From positions 1-58,999 of IMG/VR virus record IMGVR_UViG_3300010966_000080: a DNA stretch of 58,999 nucleotides; one strand, 5' to 3'. Shown here in pieces: positions 34,731 through 44,123 of the stretch. The notes under the pieces are model-generated. The model had not been told where the DNA came from. It saw only the letters and a list, made by a program, of their open reading frames with translations, and did not search any database. Position 1 is the first letter of the stretch; the number at the start of each line of letters is the position of its first letter. This stretch comes from a virus. Taxonomy: Duplodnaviria > Caudoviricetes. A program made the position numbers and the translations under genes.

Positions 34731-37501
34731 CGCAGGCTATCAAGATCGACCCGAGCAACTTCAGGGGGCCGGACGCGGAAGAGCAGCGCAAGCAGGCGGG
34801 CCAGCAGGCCTCGACTGCCGCCAGCACAACGTCCTCCCAGACCAGCGCCGCGCGCGGACAGGCAGACCTGCCGTTCATCGCGCCCAAGGCCAAGACCGAC
34901 CTGACCGACGCGCAGCTCAAGGTGCTGCGCGACGTGCAGTCGAACGCCCGCGACGAGTTGAAGACCTTCGAGGCCTTGGAGCCTGTCAAGATTTACAACC
35001 AAGGCATGCGGTACTTCGCGTCGGCGTTGACGGTCCCGACGGGCAGCGCGGGCGACCAAGACCTCGTGACGATTGCGGCCAAGGTGCAAGACCCGATTGG
35101 CGCGGTCATGCCGGGCGACATCGAGCGGTACAACAACATTCAGGTGGCGCTCGAGCGGCTGCCGCAGGCGTTCCGCAACGAGTTCACCCAGAGCGGCAAG
35201 TTCACGCCCGAGACGCGCGCCAAGATCATCGCCATGCTGCGCAATCGCGTCGACACGTACCGCGTGCCTTACGAAGACATCCGCCAGTCCTTCGAGGCGC
35301 GGATCGGTGACTTCAACAAGCAACTGGCCCCGCTCGGCGTCAAGCCTATCGAGGCTGGCAGCATCATCGGCGCCGACCCGCTGCAGCTCTACTCGCCGAA
35401 GATCGAGGCCTACGACAAGAAGCTCGAGGCGGACGCCATCCGCGCCGAGCGCGAGGCTGCTGGGCCGAAGCGCGCGGACGTGTTTCAGGGTCTCCCCGAG
35501 GGCACACAGGTCACCGGGCGCGACGTGACGGGCTGGCGCTTTACGCCGGAGAGCGAAGCTGCGATCCGCTCGTACGCCAGAAGCAAAGAAGGCACCGCAG
35601 AGGGCTACGCGAAACTCATCGCGCAGAAGGCCGTCGAGGAGGGTCACGTGCCCCCCTCGCAGCAGGCCGACTACGAGCAGCGGACGCTGAACGACTCGCG
35701 GGCGTTCTTCGACGTCCCGGCGTCGACGCGCGCGGGCGCGACCGGTGTCGACTACAGCCAGATCGACAAGGCCGCGTCAGAGAATGCGGGCCTCTTCGAA
35801 GGTATCGCGCAGACCGTCGCCAACGTCCCAGAAAGCGCCGCGCAGCTCGCCGAGGGCGTCGTGGCCATCCCGAGGGACGTCCTCGGCAGCGCCCTGACAG
35901 GCGAGCGCCGGGGCGTCGTCAAGACGTTTACGGATCTGGCCATGGAGCTCGGCCAAGGCCAGCTCGAGGGTCCGACTGTGCAGGCGTTCGCCAACGCCAT
36001 GGCCGACCGCTACGGCAGCGTCGACGCCATGCAGCGCACCTTCATCAAAGACCCCTTGGGCGTGGCAGGCGACGTCTCAATGTTGGCCACGGCTGGCGGC
36101 TCGGCCGCCGCGCGTCTCCCCGGCAAGCTGGGCGCGGCGGGCGAGAGCGTCGCCAAGCTCGGCAGGGCGGTGGACCCGCTGTCTGGTGCAGTCGCCCTCA
36201 CCACCGAGGTGCCCGGCATCCTCTACGGTAAGGCCAAGGCGGCTAAGCCGGGCGCGGTCGAGGGCATCGAGAACATCCCCAGCGAGCTCGTCGGCCTCCC
36301 GTCGGGTATCGGCGGGCAGGCAGTGCGCGAGGCGACTGGCGCTGGCTTTGAGCGCGGCGCGACTGGCGCCCCCACCCCGCGCAGCGAGGCCTTCACTGAA
36401 GGTATGCGCCGCCCGGGTGAGAGCGCGGAGAGCATCGTCGACACCGCCCGCGCGGCGATTGCCAACCTGCGCGATCAGGCGGGCGCGCAGTACCGGCAGG
36501 CCATGCAGCAGTTCGGCCAGCAGCCGGTGCCGCTCGACATCAGCAACGTCCAGAAGCGCATCGCCGGTATCAAGCCGCGCAACTACGACGCCATGGTCGG
36601 CGCGTCTCGCCGCCCCAGCGACCACGTCGCGTGGGAGCAGATGAACGAGACCGTCCGGCACTACGCCGACCAAGCGGTCAAAGACCCGTCGCTGCTCGAG
36701 CCCATGGCCATGGACGCCTTCAAGCAGGACTTGTACGACATCGGTTCGAAGATCGGCGGCGCGTACGACCGCGACGCGGCACGCATCGCCAAGACGGCCT
36801 ACACCGCCGTCCGGCAGGAGTTGGTCAAGCACGACCCGGTCTACGCCGACATCATGAAGAACTACGAGAAGGCCGCCGTCGAGGCGCGCGAGCTCGAAGA
36901 CATGTTCAGCCTCGGGCAGGCGCGCGGCAAGCCGGTGAAGGTCGACACCGCCGCCCGCAAGCTGCAGTCGATCATGCGCAACAACGCCAACACCAACTAC
37001 GGCATGCGCGCCGAGCGGGGCGAGCGGCTGGCTGAGCTGGATCCGACTGGCACGCTGATGGCCGCGAATGCGGGCCAGATGGCGTCGGCGCCGACGGCGC
37101 GCGGCATCACGCGCGGCGTCGTGGCGGGCGGTGGCATCCCCGCAGCGGGCGCGGCTGCTCTCCTCAGCCCGGCGTCGTTGGTGGCCACGGCTCCCCTGCT
37201 CGCGGCCACGTCGCCGCGCCTCACCGGCGAGCTGGCGTATGGCGCTGGCCGACTTGCCGGGACCGGCAAGCGCGCCCTTGACGCCGCCACAGGGTCAGCC
37301 TTTGGCCAAGGGGTGTCGGGCACTGCGGCGGCCATGCGCGACCTGTACCAGAAATATCCGGGGGCCTTCCTCGCGGCGGAGCAGGCCTCCACCCGGCTCG
37401 AAGAGACCGAGGCAGAGAAGCGGCGCAAGCTGCTGGAGAAGTACCGCATGCCCCTGCCTGAGCTGCCGCCGGAGCTCTCGTCGTATCTCACTGGGGAGTG
37501 A
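34727..37501 (+). CDS. large ejection protein
   Basis: About 924 aa, Ala-rich helical, SPRL.GE..Y..G near the C-terminus. Confidence 0.65.
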   Translation: MTQAIKIDPSNFRGPDAEEQRKQAGQQASTAASTTSSQTSAARGQADLPFIAPKAKTDLTDAQLKVLRDVQSNARDELKTFEALEPVKIYNQGMRYFASALTVPTGSAGDQDLVTIAAKVQDPIGAVMPGDIERYNNIQVALERLPQAFRNEFTQSGKFTPETRAKIIAMLRNRVDTYRVPYEDIRQSFEARIGDFNKQLAPLGVKPIEAGSIIGADPLQLYSPKIEAYDKKLEADAIRAEREAAGPKRADVFQGLPEGTQVTGRDVTGWRFTPESEAAIRSYARSKEGTAEGYAKLIAQKAVEEGHVPPSQQADYEQRTLNDSRAFFDVPASTRAGATGVDYSQIDKAASENAGLFEGIAQTVANVPESAAQLAEGVVAIPRDVLGSALTGERRGVVKTFTDLAMELGQGQLEGPTVQAFANAMADRYGSVDAMQRTFIKDPLGVAGDVSMLATAGGSAAARLPGKLGAAGESVAKLGRAVDPLSGAVALTTEVPGILYGKAKAAKPGAVEGIENIPSELVGLPSGIGGQAVREATGAGFERGATGAPTPRSEAFTEGMRRPGESAESIVDTARAAIANLRDQAGAQYRQAMQQFGQQPVPLDISNVQKRIAGIKPRNYDAMVGASRRPSDHVAWEQMNETVRHYADQAVKDPSLLEPMAMDAFKQDLYDIGSKIGGAYDRDAARIAKTAYTAVRQELVKHDPVYADIMKNYEKAAVEARELEDMFSLGQARGKPVKVDTAARKLQSIMRNNANTNYGMRAERGERLAELDPTGTLMAANAGQMASAPTARGITRGVVAGGGIPAAGAAALLSPASLVATAPLLAATSPRLTGELAYGAGRLAGTGKRALDAATGSAFGQGVSGTAAAMRDLYQKYPGAFLAAEQASTRLEETEAEKRRKLLEKYRMPLPELPPELSSYLTGE

Positions 37502-37504
37502 CCC

Positions 37505-39634
37505 GTGGCCAAGAAGCGTAAGACAATTGCAGACTACGAGCGGGAGGCTGCGGCGGAGGACAAGCGCCGCGCCGCCCAGTTCGTGGTGCCGCGCCCTGCG
37601 CCGCGCTTCGACGCCAAACTGCCCAAGCCGCAGCAACAGATCGCTGATGCTGCGCGTCGGAGCCCGACCGGGCAGGTGGCGACGGCAAGCCGGGGGCCGG
37701 ACACGGCCGCCGGTGTCGTGTACGACAAATTCGGTCGCGGCATGGGCGGGCTGCGCCGCCTAGTGGGCGGCGACGAACGCGCTTCGACCGCCGCGCGCTT
37801 CGACGCGGAAGAGAAACTGCGCGGCATCGGCGAGTTTTTGCTCGGACCGGAAGAGATACAGCGCTCGGCGCGCGGCGTCAGCCTCGGAGAGGGGACCGGC
37901 GGAGACTACGCCACGCTCGGCCTCGCCGCCGTACCCTTCGCGCCTAAGCCACTGAAGAGCGCCGCGCGGTTGGCGGTGTCAAAAGCCGGGTCCACCCTCG
38001 CCAAGGCCGCCCCCGGAAAGTTCCGCGCGTTCATGCGCGACACGCGCCCGATTGTGGACGAGCTCGCGGCCCGCCCCGAGTACACCCGAGAGGCCGAGGG
38101 GCCTTTCACTACCGTCGCGCGTCGCGGTGTCGAGCGCGACATCCGCCTCGCCCCCGAGGCTGAACAGGCCCGCTCCATGACGGCGCTCCGCCGCATCGCG
38201 CAAGATCCTGAGCGCTCGAGCGCGGTGCCGTTGGCCGACGAGGCCTCGCGGCGTGCGCGCGGCGTCCCGTACGACACCTCGGCCGAGATGCCGGTGTCTT
38301 CGCTCGCCCGGCAGGGTGCTATAGGCCGCGCGTACGACGAGGCGGTGGCTGGCAGCCCCGCATACAAGCAGGCCGCCTTCGAGCGCTGGGGCGAGATGTA
38401 CCCAGAGATCGTCGAGAGGGCCAAAGCCCAGAACCTAGACCAGCTCACTGAGGCCTCGTACAACGCCCTCGGCCAAGACGTGGCCCGCCAGTTCGACACC
38501 CTGCCGCTGCGCCTCCGCTACCACGAGGGCGCCGGAGAGTACGGCTCGCCGAACGAGATGGTCCGCGACGTGCTCGCCAGAGGCAACCTAAACGTGTTCA
38601 GCGGCGGCGAGCCGCACGAATTTCTCAGCAAGATAGACCCGGCCACCGGCCTCTCGCAGAACGAGATGTTCCGCGCGGTGCATGACTACTACGGGCATGT
38701 CACGCCGGGCAGCATGTTCGGCGCGCCCGGCGAGGAGATCGCCTACGCGGCACACGCGCAGACGCTCGACCCCCTCGCACTGCCCGCGTTGCTGTCTGAG
38801 ACGCGCGGCCAGAACAGTTGGGTGAACTACTCGCCCGCGAATGCTGATGTCATAGACCAGATGAACCGCCTGAAAATGCAGGCGAGGGAGCGGAAGGTGG
38901 CCGAGGACTGGCTGGCCAAGTACCCTTCCGATACCGACCCCCGCTACGGCGGAGACGCCCGGCGGGCTCTCAGCGAGTTGCCTTCCGCTGGGGACATCCG
39001 CAGTCAGCTCCACGACCTCGGGCAGCAGTTCCAGTACGCGCCGCAGCGCGCCGTGACGCTACCCCCGGAGTTCCTCTCGGCGCTCACGCCCGGCGGCCAG
39101 CCGGATTGGATGCGGGCTATCATGCAGCCACGCGCCGCCAGCGACGACGTGCGCGGCGTACACTTCAGCCGCGAGGGCGACCTGCTCGCGACAGACCCGA
39201 GCTTCTACGGCACCGGCGCGTTCAGCGGCGAGCGCCAGATGGTCAAGCAGGCCGGTCTACCAGATCGCACGTATTTCTACACCGGGCCGGAGGGTACTGT
39301 GGTGCCCGAGGAGAGCGTCGGCAAGGTCGGCCAGAACGTCTACGAGGCGCGTCTCAGGGGCCTGTACGACATCGAGGCGGATCCCGAGGGCTTGCGGAAA
39401 CTGGCGCGCGCCTACAACCTGCCGGACTACGTGCCGACCCTCGGCGAGCCCCTCGCGTATCGCGGCGGTGTCGAGGGTAAGGGCGCCGTCACCGACATGG
39501 AGCGGCTGATCCGAGACTACGGCTACGAGGGCTTCCTGACGCCCAACGCGGCCGCCGTCTACTCCCCGGTGACCGGCTTGCGTAAGATCCAACGTAAAGC
39601 TGGCGGCTACAGCGAAGGCGGTCCGGTGGGATGA
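37505..39634 (+). CDS. putative injected polyvalent protein (His-motif domain plus ADP-ribosyltransferase-like domain)
   Basis: NEMFRAVHDYYGH...GEE.AY..H; GVHFS...DP.FYGTG...TYFY...VYEA.L..LYD...GYEG. Confidence 0.5.
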   Translation: MAKKRKTIADYEREAAAEDKRRAAQFVVPRPAPRFDAKLPKPQQQIADAARRSPTGQVATASRGPDTAAGVVYDKFGRGMGGLRRLVGGDERASTAARFDAEEKLRGIGEFLLGPEEIQRSARGVSLGEGTGGDYATLGLAAVPFAPKPLKSAARLAVSKAGSTLAKAAPGKFRAFMRDTRPIVDELAARPEYTREAEGPFTTVARRGVERDIRLAPEAEQARSMTALRRIAQDPERSSAVPLADEASRRARGVPYDTSAEMPVSSLARQGAIGRAYDEAVAGSPAYKQAAFERWGEMYPEIVERAKAQNLDQLTEASYNALGQDVARQFDTLPLRLRYHEGAGEYGSPNEMVRDVLARGNLNVFSGGEPHEFLSKIDPATGLSQNEMFRAVHDYYGHVTPGSMFGAPGEEIAYAAHAQTLDPLALPALLSETRGQNSWVNYSPANADVIDQMNRLKMQARERKVAEDWLAKYPSDTDPRYGGDARRALSELPSAGDIRSQLHDLGQQFQYAPQRAVTLPPEFLSALTPGGQPDWMRAIMQPRAASDDVRGVHFSREGDLLATDPSFYGTGAFSGERQMVKQAGLPDRTYFYTGPEGTVVPEESVGKVGQNVYEARLRGLYDIEADPEGLRKLARAYNLPDYVPTLGEPLAYRGGVEGKGAVTDMERLIRDYGYEGFLTPNAAAVYSPVTGLRKIQRKAGGYSEGGPVG

Positions 39635-39807
39635 ACGGGGTTAAGCGGGAAGCCGTTCTCCGCCGCATTGTACCCGGCCTCTATGGCGCCGTCGAACCAA
39701 AGGCTCACGGCCATCACGCGGTCGGCGACATCGGGAAACGCTTCGGCGAAAGCAAGCGCCCACTCCACAGGGGACGTGCTATTCGGGTTCGATGGTGTTA
39801 TGGACAT
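39607..39807 (-). CDS. small early-type protein embedded antisense in the late region
   Basis: AGGA RBS, own promoter copy, motif WA.AF...WF..AI.AGY. Confidence 0.55.
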   Translation of the reverse strand: MSITPSNPNSTSPVEWALAFAEAFPDVADRVMAVSLWFDGAIEAGYNAAENGFPLNPVHPTGPPSL

Positions 39808-39819
39808 ACGGGGTTCCTA

Positions 39820-39863
39820 GTTGCTGAAGCGGCTCCAGTAGCCCCTGCAACCTTAGATAGCAA
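39820..39863 (-). promoter_or_regulatory. early promoter/leader, copy 2
   Basis: TTGCTA-N7-TTGCA...TTCAGCAAC-TAGGA. Confidence 0.6.
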
Positions 39864-39875
39864 TAGGTCTGGGCG

Positions 39876-41243
39876 ATGAGCTGGAAGAAACAATTCGCGA
39901 AACTGGTCGGTGAGTTCGGTGAGGCGGCCGTCGCCCGCGTCAGCAAGACACTGCCGAGCAATGCGCCAGTGGCCGAGGCACGCGCCGCCGCCCGAGCGGC
40001 AGTCGCGGCCAAACCCAGTCTCGCTGTCAAGCCCGCCGCCGCCGCGCCGAGGCCCAAACCGGCCGCCGCCGCGAAGCCCAAACCAGCCGCGCTCAAAAAC
40101 GTGGCCGTCGCGCGCAAGCCCGCCGCGCCCGCTGTTATCAAGTCACGCTCGGGTACCCCGGCCGCCAACGCCGCCGACGTGCTGGCTGAGGCAGGCAACA
40201 AGGGCAAGAGGCAGTCCTACGCCGACTGGCGGGTCAAGAACCCCGAGAGCGGCACGATCATCGACATGTCGCGCCTGTCCGAGGTGCCGGGCGTCCCGCA
40301 GACGCAGATGGCACGCACGGTGCCGCCGCGAGGGCCGTCGGCCCGCATTGTCGAGGCGCTGGGGCGGCCCGAGGTGGCCAAGGGCATCAACGAGACGGTC
40401 GAGCGTGGCATCGAAGGTGGCGGCTTGCAGTGGTACAACACGGAGCCGCTGCGCGAGCGTGTGGCGGGCGCGCTCGGCGACGCCAATGTAGACGACAATT
40501 ACGCGCGGCTTATGGATCTCGTGGCCGCCACCAGCCCCCGCGCCCGAGTGCCTGACAACGTCCGCACCGCGTCCTACTACAACTACCTCATGTCGCAGGG
40601 CCTCCCCATCCCCGACAAGCCTGCGGCGGGTTACGGCTCTGTCGCGCAGGGCTTGCACACGCAGAACGTGCGCGGCATCGAAAGCGCGGGCGGGTGGGAC
40701 GTGTTCAAAAACCCGAAGCCTGCCAGCTTCTCCACGAACCTGCAGGGCAACCAGCAGAACGTGACTATCGACACCCACAACTTCCGTCTGCCGGGCATCC
40801 TCGCGCAGGATCCGCGCTTCCTCGCCACGTCCATCGTGCCTGAGAAGGGCGCGGCGCCCCTGCGCCCGCAGCAGTGGGTGAAGGAAGGCACGCTCGGCAT
40901 GGACGAGGCGCTGCAGCGCCCCGCGTACTGGGAAGCGAAGCCGAACCCCAACGAGTACGGGTATTACGAAAACTGGCAGCAGGAGCAGGCCAAAAAGATG
41001 GGCATCTCGCCCGCCCAGTACCAAGCCTCGATGTGGCTCGGTGGCGGCGAAGACACCGGCCTCGCGTCTGCGGCGGAGCCGTTTGTCGGCACCTTTGAAG
41101 CCCGCGTGCGTTACACAGCGGACCGCCTCGGCCTCGATCCTGACAAGGTCATGGAGCAGGTTTTGGCGGGGAAGATGCCGCTGCTCGCCCGTGGCGGTTC
41201 CGTCGAGGCGGACGAGTTGTCGGCGAAGTACGGGGCCGCGTGA
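39876..41243 (+). CDS. putative injected protein with an alpha-helical DNA-glycosylase-like (DUF7178-like) domain
   Basis: WY...AATSPR..V..N; K..SF..NL.G....VTIDTH; SPAQ.QA..W; Ala/Lys/Pro-rich N-terminal linker. Confidence 0.55.
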   Translation: MSWKKQFAKLVGEFGEAAVARVSKTLPSNAPVAEARAAARAAVAAKPSLAVKPAAAAPRPKPAAAAKPKPAALKNVAVARKPAAPAVIKSRSGTPAANAADVLAEAGNKGKRQSYADWRVKNPESGTIIDMSRLSEVPGVPQTQMARTVPPRGPSARIVEALGRPEVAKGINETVERGIEGGGLQWYNTEPLRERVAGALGDANVDDNYARLMDLVAATSPRARVPDNVRTASYYNYLMSQGLPIPDKPAAGYGSVAQGLHTQNVRGIESAGGWDVFKNPKPASFSTNLQGNQQNVTIDTHNFRLPGILAQDPRFLATSIVPEKGAAPLRPQQWVKEGTLGMDEALQRPAYWEAKPNPNEYGYYENWQQEQAKKMGISPAQYQASMWLGGGEDTGLASAAEPFVGTFEARVRYTADRLGLDPDKVMEQVLAGKMPLLARGGSVEADELSAKYGAA

Positions 41244-41294
41244 CGATCTCAGGCACGGGCATTTGGCCCGCGTCCTCGAACGGCCCGCTGTACG

Positions 41295-41636
41295 TCACCG
41301 GCCCTCTCCCTTGGCCTCAGCCAGCAGCGCCGTGTAGGCGATAAGATCCTCGAAGCTGTCGGCGTGGTAGCCCCCTCGGGTGAAGCCGCGCACAGCCTTC
41401 AGTGTGGTCATGAACAGCCAGCCCTCGCTCTCGGTCAGGTCGCGGCCGGTGATGGCGTTGAACGCCGCCACGGTCTTGCCCATGGAGCGCTCGCCCTCCG
41501 GCGCGTCGTACGTCTTGCCGCGCTCGTGCATGTGCGCCGCCGCGCGGCCGAGCAGCTCCGGTGCCTTGACTGGCGGCTCCGGAACTACGGCCAGTGATAC
41601 GGCCTCTTCCAGCACGTGGTCTTCGGTATTGGTCAT
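41295..41636 (-). CDS. DUF6378-like protein
   Basis: ERG..YD.P.GERSM...V.AFN.ITG..LTE..GW.FM..LK..R......DS..D..AY.AL. Confidence 0.7.
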   Translation of the reverse strand: MTNTEDHVLEEAVSLAVVPEPPVKAPELLGRAAAHMHERGKTYDAPEGERSMGKTVAAFNAITGRDLTESEGWLFMTTLKAVRGFTRGGYHADSFEDLIAYTALLAEAKGEGR

Positions 41637-42997
41637 GTCTGTTTCCTTCGTTTCAACGCCTCGAGCAATACGTCTTGGACGCTGCGCTTCGAGGCCAGTC
41701 GCTCCAGCACCACCTCGTCGACCGTGTCGCGGGTGATGATCGGGTACACGAGGCAGGGCCGGTCGTGGCCTGCCTGCTTCTGGCGCATCGGCCCGATGCG
41801 CTCGATGATCTGCAGGTACTCCTCGAGGTTCCAGTTCACGCCGAAAAAGGCGAGGATGTTGCCCCCGTCGGCGAGGTTCAATCCGTGTCCCGCCGACGCA
41901 GGGTGAGCGAATAGTAGCGAGATTTTCCCGGCATTCCACTCCCTGATCGTATTAGGGTCAGCGTCCAACACCCGGCCTTTAGGGTAACGATCCCGTAGGC
42001 GTTGCAGATCATGTTTGAAGTGATAGGCCACGAGCACAGGCGCGCCATTCGCCTCTTCAATGACGCTGTCGAGCGCCGCCAGCTTGGCATCGTGTACGGC
42101 CTCCCAGTTGCCTTCGTCGTCGATGTACATCGCCCCGTTGGCGAGCTGCAAACACTTCTGCGTCTTGACCGCCGCATTGACCGCCTCGACGCCCGCCTCC
42201 TCGAGCTCCGCGTACATGTTGTCTTCCATGTCGCGGTAGAGCGCGCGGGCCTTGGGCGGCAGCTCGACCAGCAGCGGGTTGACCAGCGGCTGCTCGACGT
42301 CGAGGCCCTTGACGGTCAGGCAGACGTCGCGGAGCAGATCCTGCACCTCGCCCTGCGTGTGGGCGTACGGCTCCAAGCTGAAGCCGTCGTAGCCCTTGCG
42401 GAACCAGCGCTCAGTGAAGGCGCTGAATGTCCGGCCCAGCCGCTGCCCCTTGTCGATGAACCACGCCTGCCCCCACAAATCTTTCACGCCATTCGGCGCG
42501 GGCGTCCCTGTCAGGCCGATGAAGCGGCTGCCGGGCGCGTGGGCCACCTTGCCCAGCGCGGACGCCCTCGCGCCGCCCTGCCGGATCCGGAAGGACTTCA
42601 GGCGGGTGACCTCGTCGGCGATGATCGTCTTGAACGGCCACTCGCCGACGGCCGCGCACAGCCAACTGAGGTTGTCGTAATTGGTCGTGTAGATGTCGGC
42701 CTCTTGCGCCAGCGCCCGCTCTCGCTGCTTGGGCGTGCCGGTGATCACGGACACGCGCAGACCCTGCAGGTGCGCCCACTTGGTCACCTCCTCGGGCCAC
42801 GTCGAGCGCGCCACGCGCAGCGGCGCGAGCACCAGCACGGGGTAGATGTCCTCGACCACGCTCAGGCGCTCGAGGGCCGTCAGGGTCGAGACCGTCTTAC
42901 CGCCGCCCATGGGCGCCCAGACCATGCCGCGCCGGGTGGCGCAGATGAAGTCGATCACCTCTTCCTGATAGTCGTGGGGCGTGAAGGTGCGGGTCAC
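41633..42997 (-). CDS. SNF2-family helicase
   Basis: PHDYQ, MGGGKT, IIADE, GLTGTP, HPASAGHGLNL, Q..ERI. Confidence 0.9.
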   Translation of the reverse strand: MTRTFTPHDYQEEVIDFICATRRGMVWAPMGGGKTVSTLTALERLSVVEDIYPVLVLAPLRVARSTWPEEVTKWAHLQGLRVSVITGTPKQRERALAQEADIYTTNYDNLSWLCAAVGEWPFKTIIADEVTRLKSFRIRQGGARASALGKVAHAPGSRFIGLTGTPAPNGVKDLWGQAWFIDKGQRLGRTFSAFTERWFRKGYDGFSLEPYAHTQGEVQDLLRDVCLTVKGLDVEQPLVNPLLVELPPKARALYRDMEDNMYAELEEAGVEAVNAAVKTQKCLQLANGAMYIDDEGNWEAVHDAKLAALDSVIEEANGAPVLVAYHFKHDLQRLRDRYPKGRVLDADPNTIREWNAGKISLLFAHPASAGHGLNLADGGNILAFFGVNWNLEEYLQIIERIGPMRQKQAGHDRPCLVYPIITRDTVDEVVLERLASKRSVQDVLLEALKRRKQT

Positions 42998-43173
42998 TCG
43001 CAGCCCTCGCACATGTGCAGCCACTCGCCGCAGTCCAGCACGGCGCGACCGCCCTGCCGCTTGAAGTCGGCGAGGGCGTCGTGGAAGTCGTCGGTCTCGG
43101 CCTCATACTCCTCGCCGCACGCGTCACAGGTGAAGGTGATCGTCTCGTCTCGGTGGTTGCGTTTGTGGCTCAT
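42994..43173 (-). CDS. small Zn-ribbon protein
   Basis: CDAC...H.CEGC; AAGGA RBS. Confidence 0.65.
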   Translation of the reverse strand: MSHKRNHRDETITFTCDACGEEYEAETDDFHDALADFKRQGGRAVLDCGEWLHMCEGCE

Positions 43174-43175
43174 GC

Positions 43176-43337
43176 CTATCCTTTCACAATGACGAGGCTG
43201 CCGCTGGCCTCGGCGCAGGCGAGCGCGAGGGCCTTGTCGCGTGATAGGCCTGCGGAGATGAAGCGCTGGGCGCGGGTCTCGATCTCGTCGGCGATGGCGA
43301 AAGCGATGGCCTTGAGTTCCTGTGGGGTCTTGCTCAT
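43176..43337 (-). CDS. small hypothetical protein (53 aa)
   Basis: GAGGAG RBS; MSKTPQELKAIAFAIADE... Confidence 0.6.
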   Translation of the reverse strand: MSKTPQELKAIAFAIADEIETRAQRFISAGLSRDKALALACAEASGSLVIVKG

Positions 43338-43350
43338 TGGGGTACTCCTC

Positions 43351-43393
43351 GTTGCTGATGAGCCTCCCTAGCCCATGCAATCGGGGGTTGCAA
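43351..43393 (-). promoter_or_regulatory. early promoter/leader, copy 3
   Basis: TTGCAA-N7-TTGCA...ATCAGCAAC-GAGGAG. Confidence 0.75.
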
Positions 43394-43402
43394 GCATTTA
43401 AA

Positions 43403-43972
43403 TCAGCGCGACGCGATTTGTTTTTTCGCGCGTCGCGTGAGGCCTTTAGCGAAGCGGTGTTTTCCCGGCAGTTTCAATTGCACGAAGCCCAACGCTTCTA
43501 TTTCGGCTCTGCGCAGTGCTTTCTTGCCAGAATGAAACGCGCGGCGGGAGACAACAGCCCCGGAGGCGCTGCGGTACGCTCTATTCTCTTCGCACTGGCC
43601 TAAGTGCTTCCAACTCGCCGCGCGATAAACGCCCCCAAGGTGGCCGACATTAGGATCGGCGTATGAGACCAGCGCCTCCACTTCCGGGTGCATTGTTCGG
43701 AACAGGCGCGTGGTAGCGCAGAGTGCTTGGGTAAGCAGATTAGGGGCGTGGCTGTCCGGTGCCCACAAGCGGGAGAGTTCCCAGACCACGTTGTCGCGCC
43801 CAAGCAACCAACGGCTTATGTTCTTGTTTGCGGGTATCGAAAACACAACGATGACCGGCCCGTACAGTATGTAGACGGACTTCCCGCTGGGTACGCTCTT
43901 CGTGTAATGGTTGGCTTCTATCACAGCGCGAGCGGTGTCGCGCTCGACCCCGACTGCGTGCGCGGCGATCAT
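43403..43972 (-). CDS. Mom-like (GNAT-fold) DNA modification protein
   Basis: I..NHY, WELSRLW, LVSYADP..GH.G.VY.A..W..LG, K.RF. Confidence 0.75.
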   Translation of the reverse strand: MIAAHAVGVERDTARAVIEANHYTKSVPSGKSVYILYGPVIVVFSIPANKNISRWLLGRDNVVWELSRLWAPDSHAPNLLTQALCATTRLFRTMHPEVEALVSYADPNVGHLGGVYRAASWKHLGQCEENRAYRSASGAVVSRRAFHSGKKALRRAEIEALGFVQLKLPGKHRFAKGLTRRAKKQIASR

Positions 43973-44106
43973 CGCTGTGCCGCTATGACAGCAGCGCGGA
44001 GGGCAGAAGCCACGACAGCATCGGCGTGCGAGAGCGGCAACCTGTCCAACAACGCTGCGGCTTTTCTGGCGGCGTTTATGAGCTGTTCTTCTGCTTTAGG
44101 CGACAT
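43969..44106 (-). CDS. small hypothetical protein (45 aa)
   Basis: GGAG RBS; ATGA-coupled to the Mom-like gene. Confidence 0.55.
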   Translation of the reverse strand: MSPKAEEQLINAARKAAALLDRLPLSHADAVVASALRAAVIAAQR

Positions 44107-44123
44107 GTCAGGTACTCCAGTGC

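Noticed and set aside
41244-41294. Bidirectional terminator where late and early transcription converge
   Set aside because: Only a weak 5-bp stem (CGGGC/GCCCG) with no U-tract.
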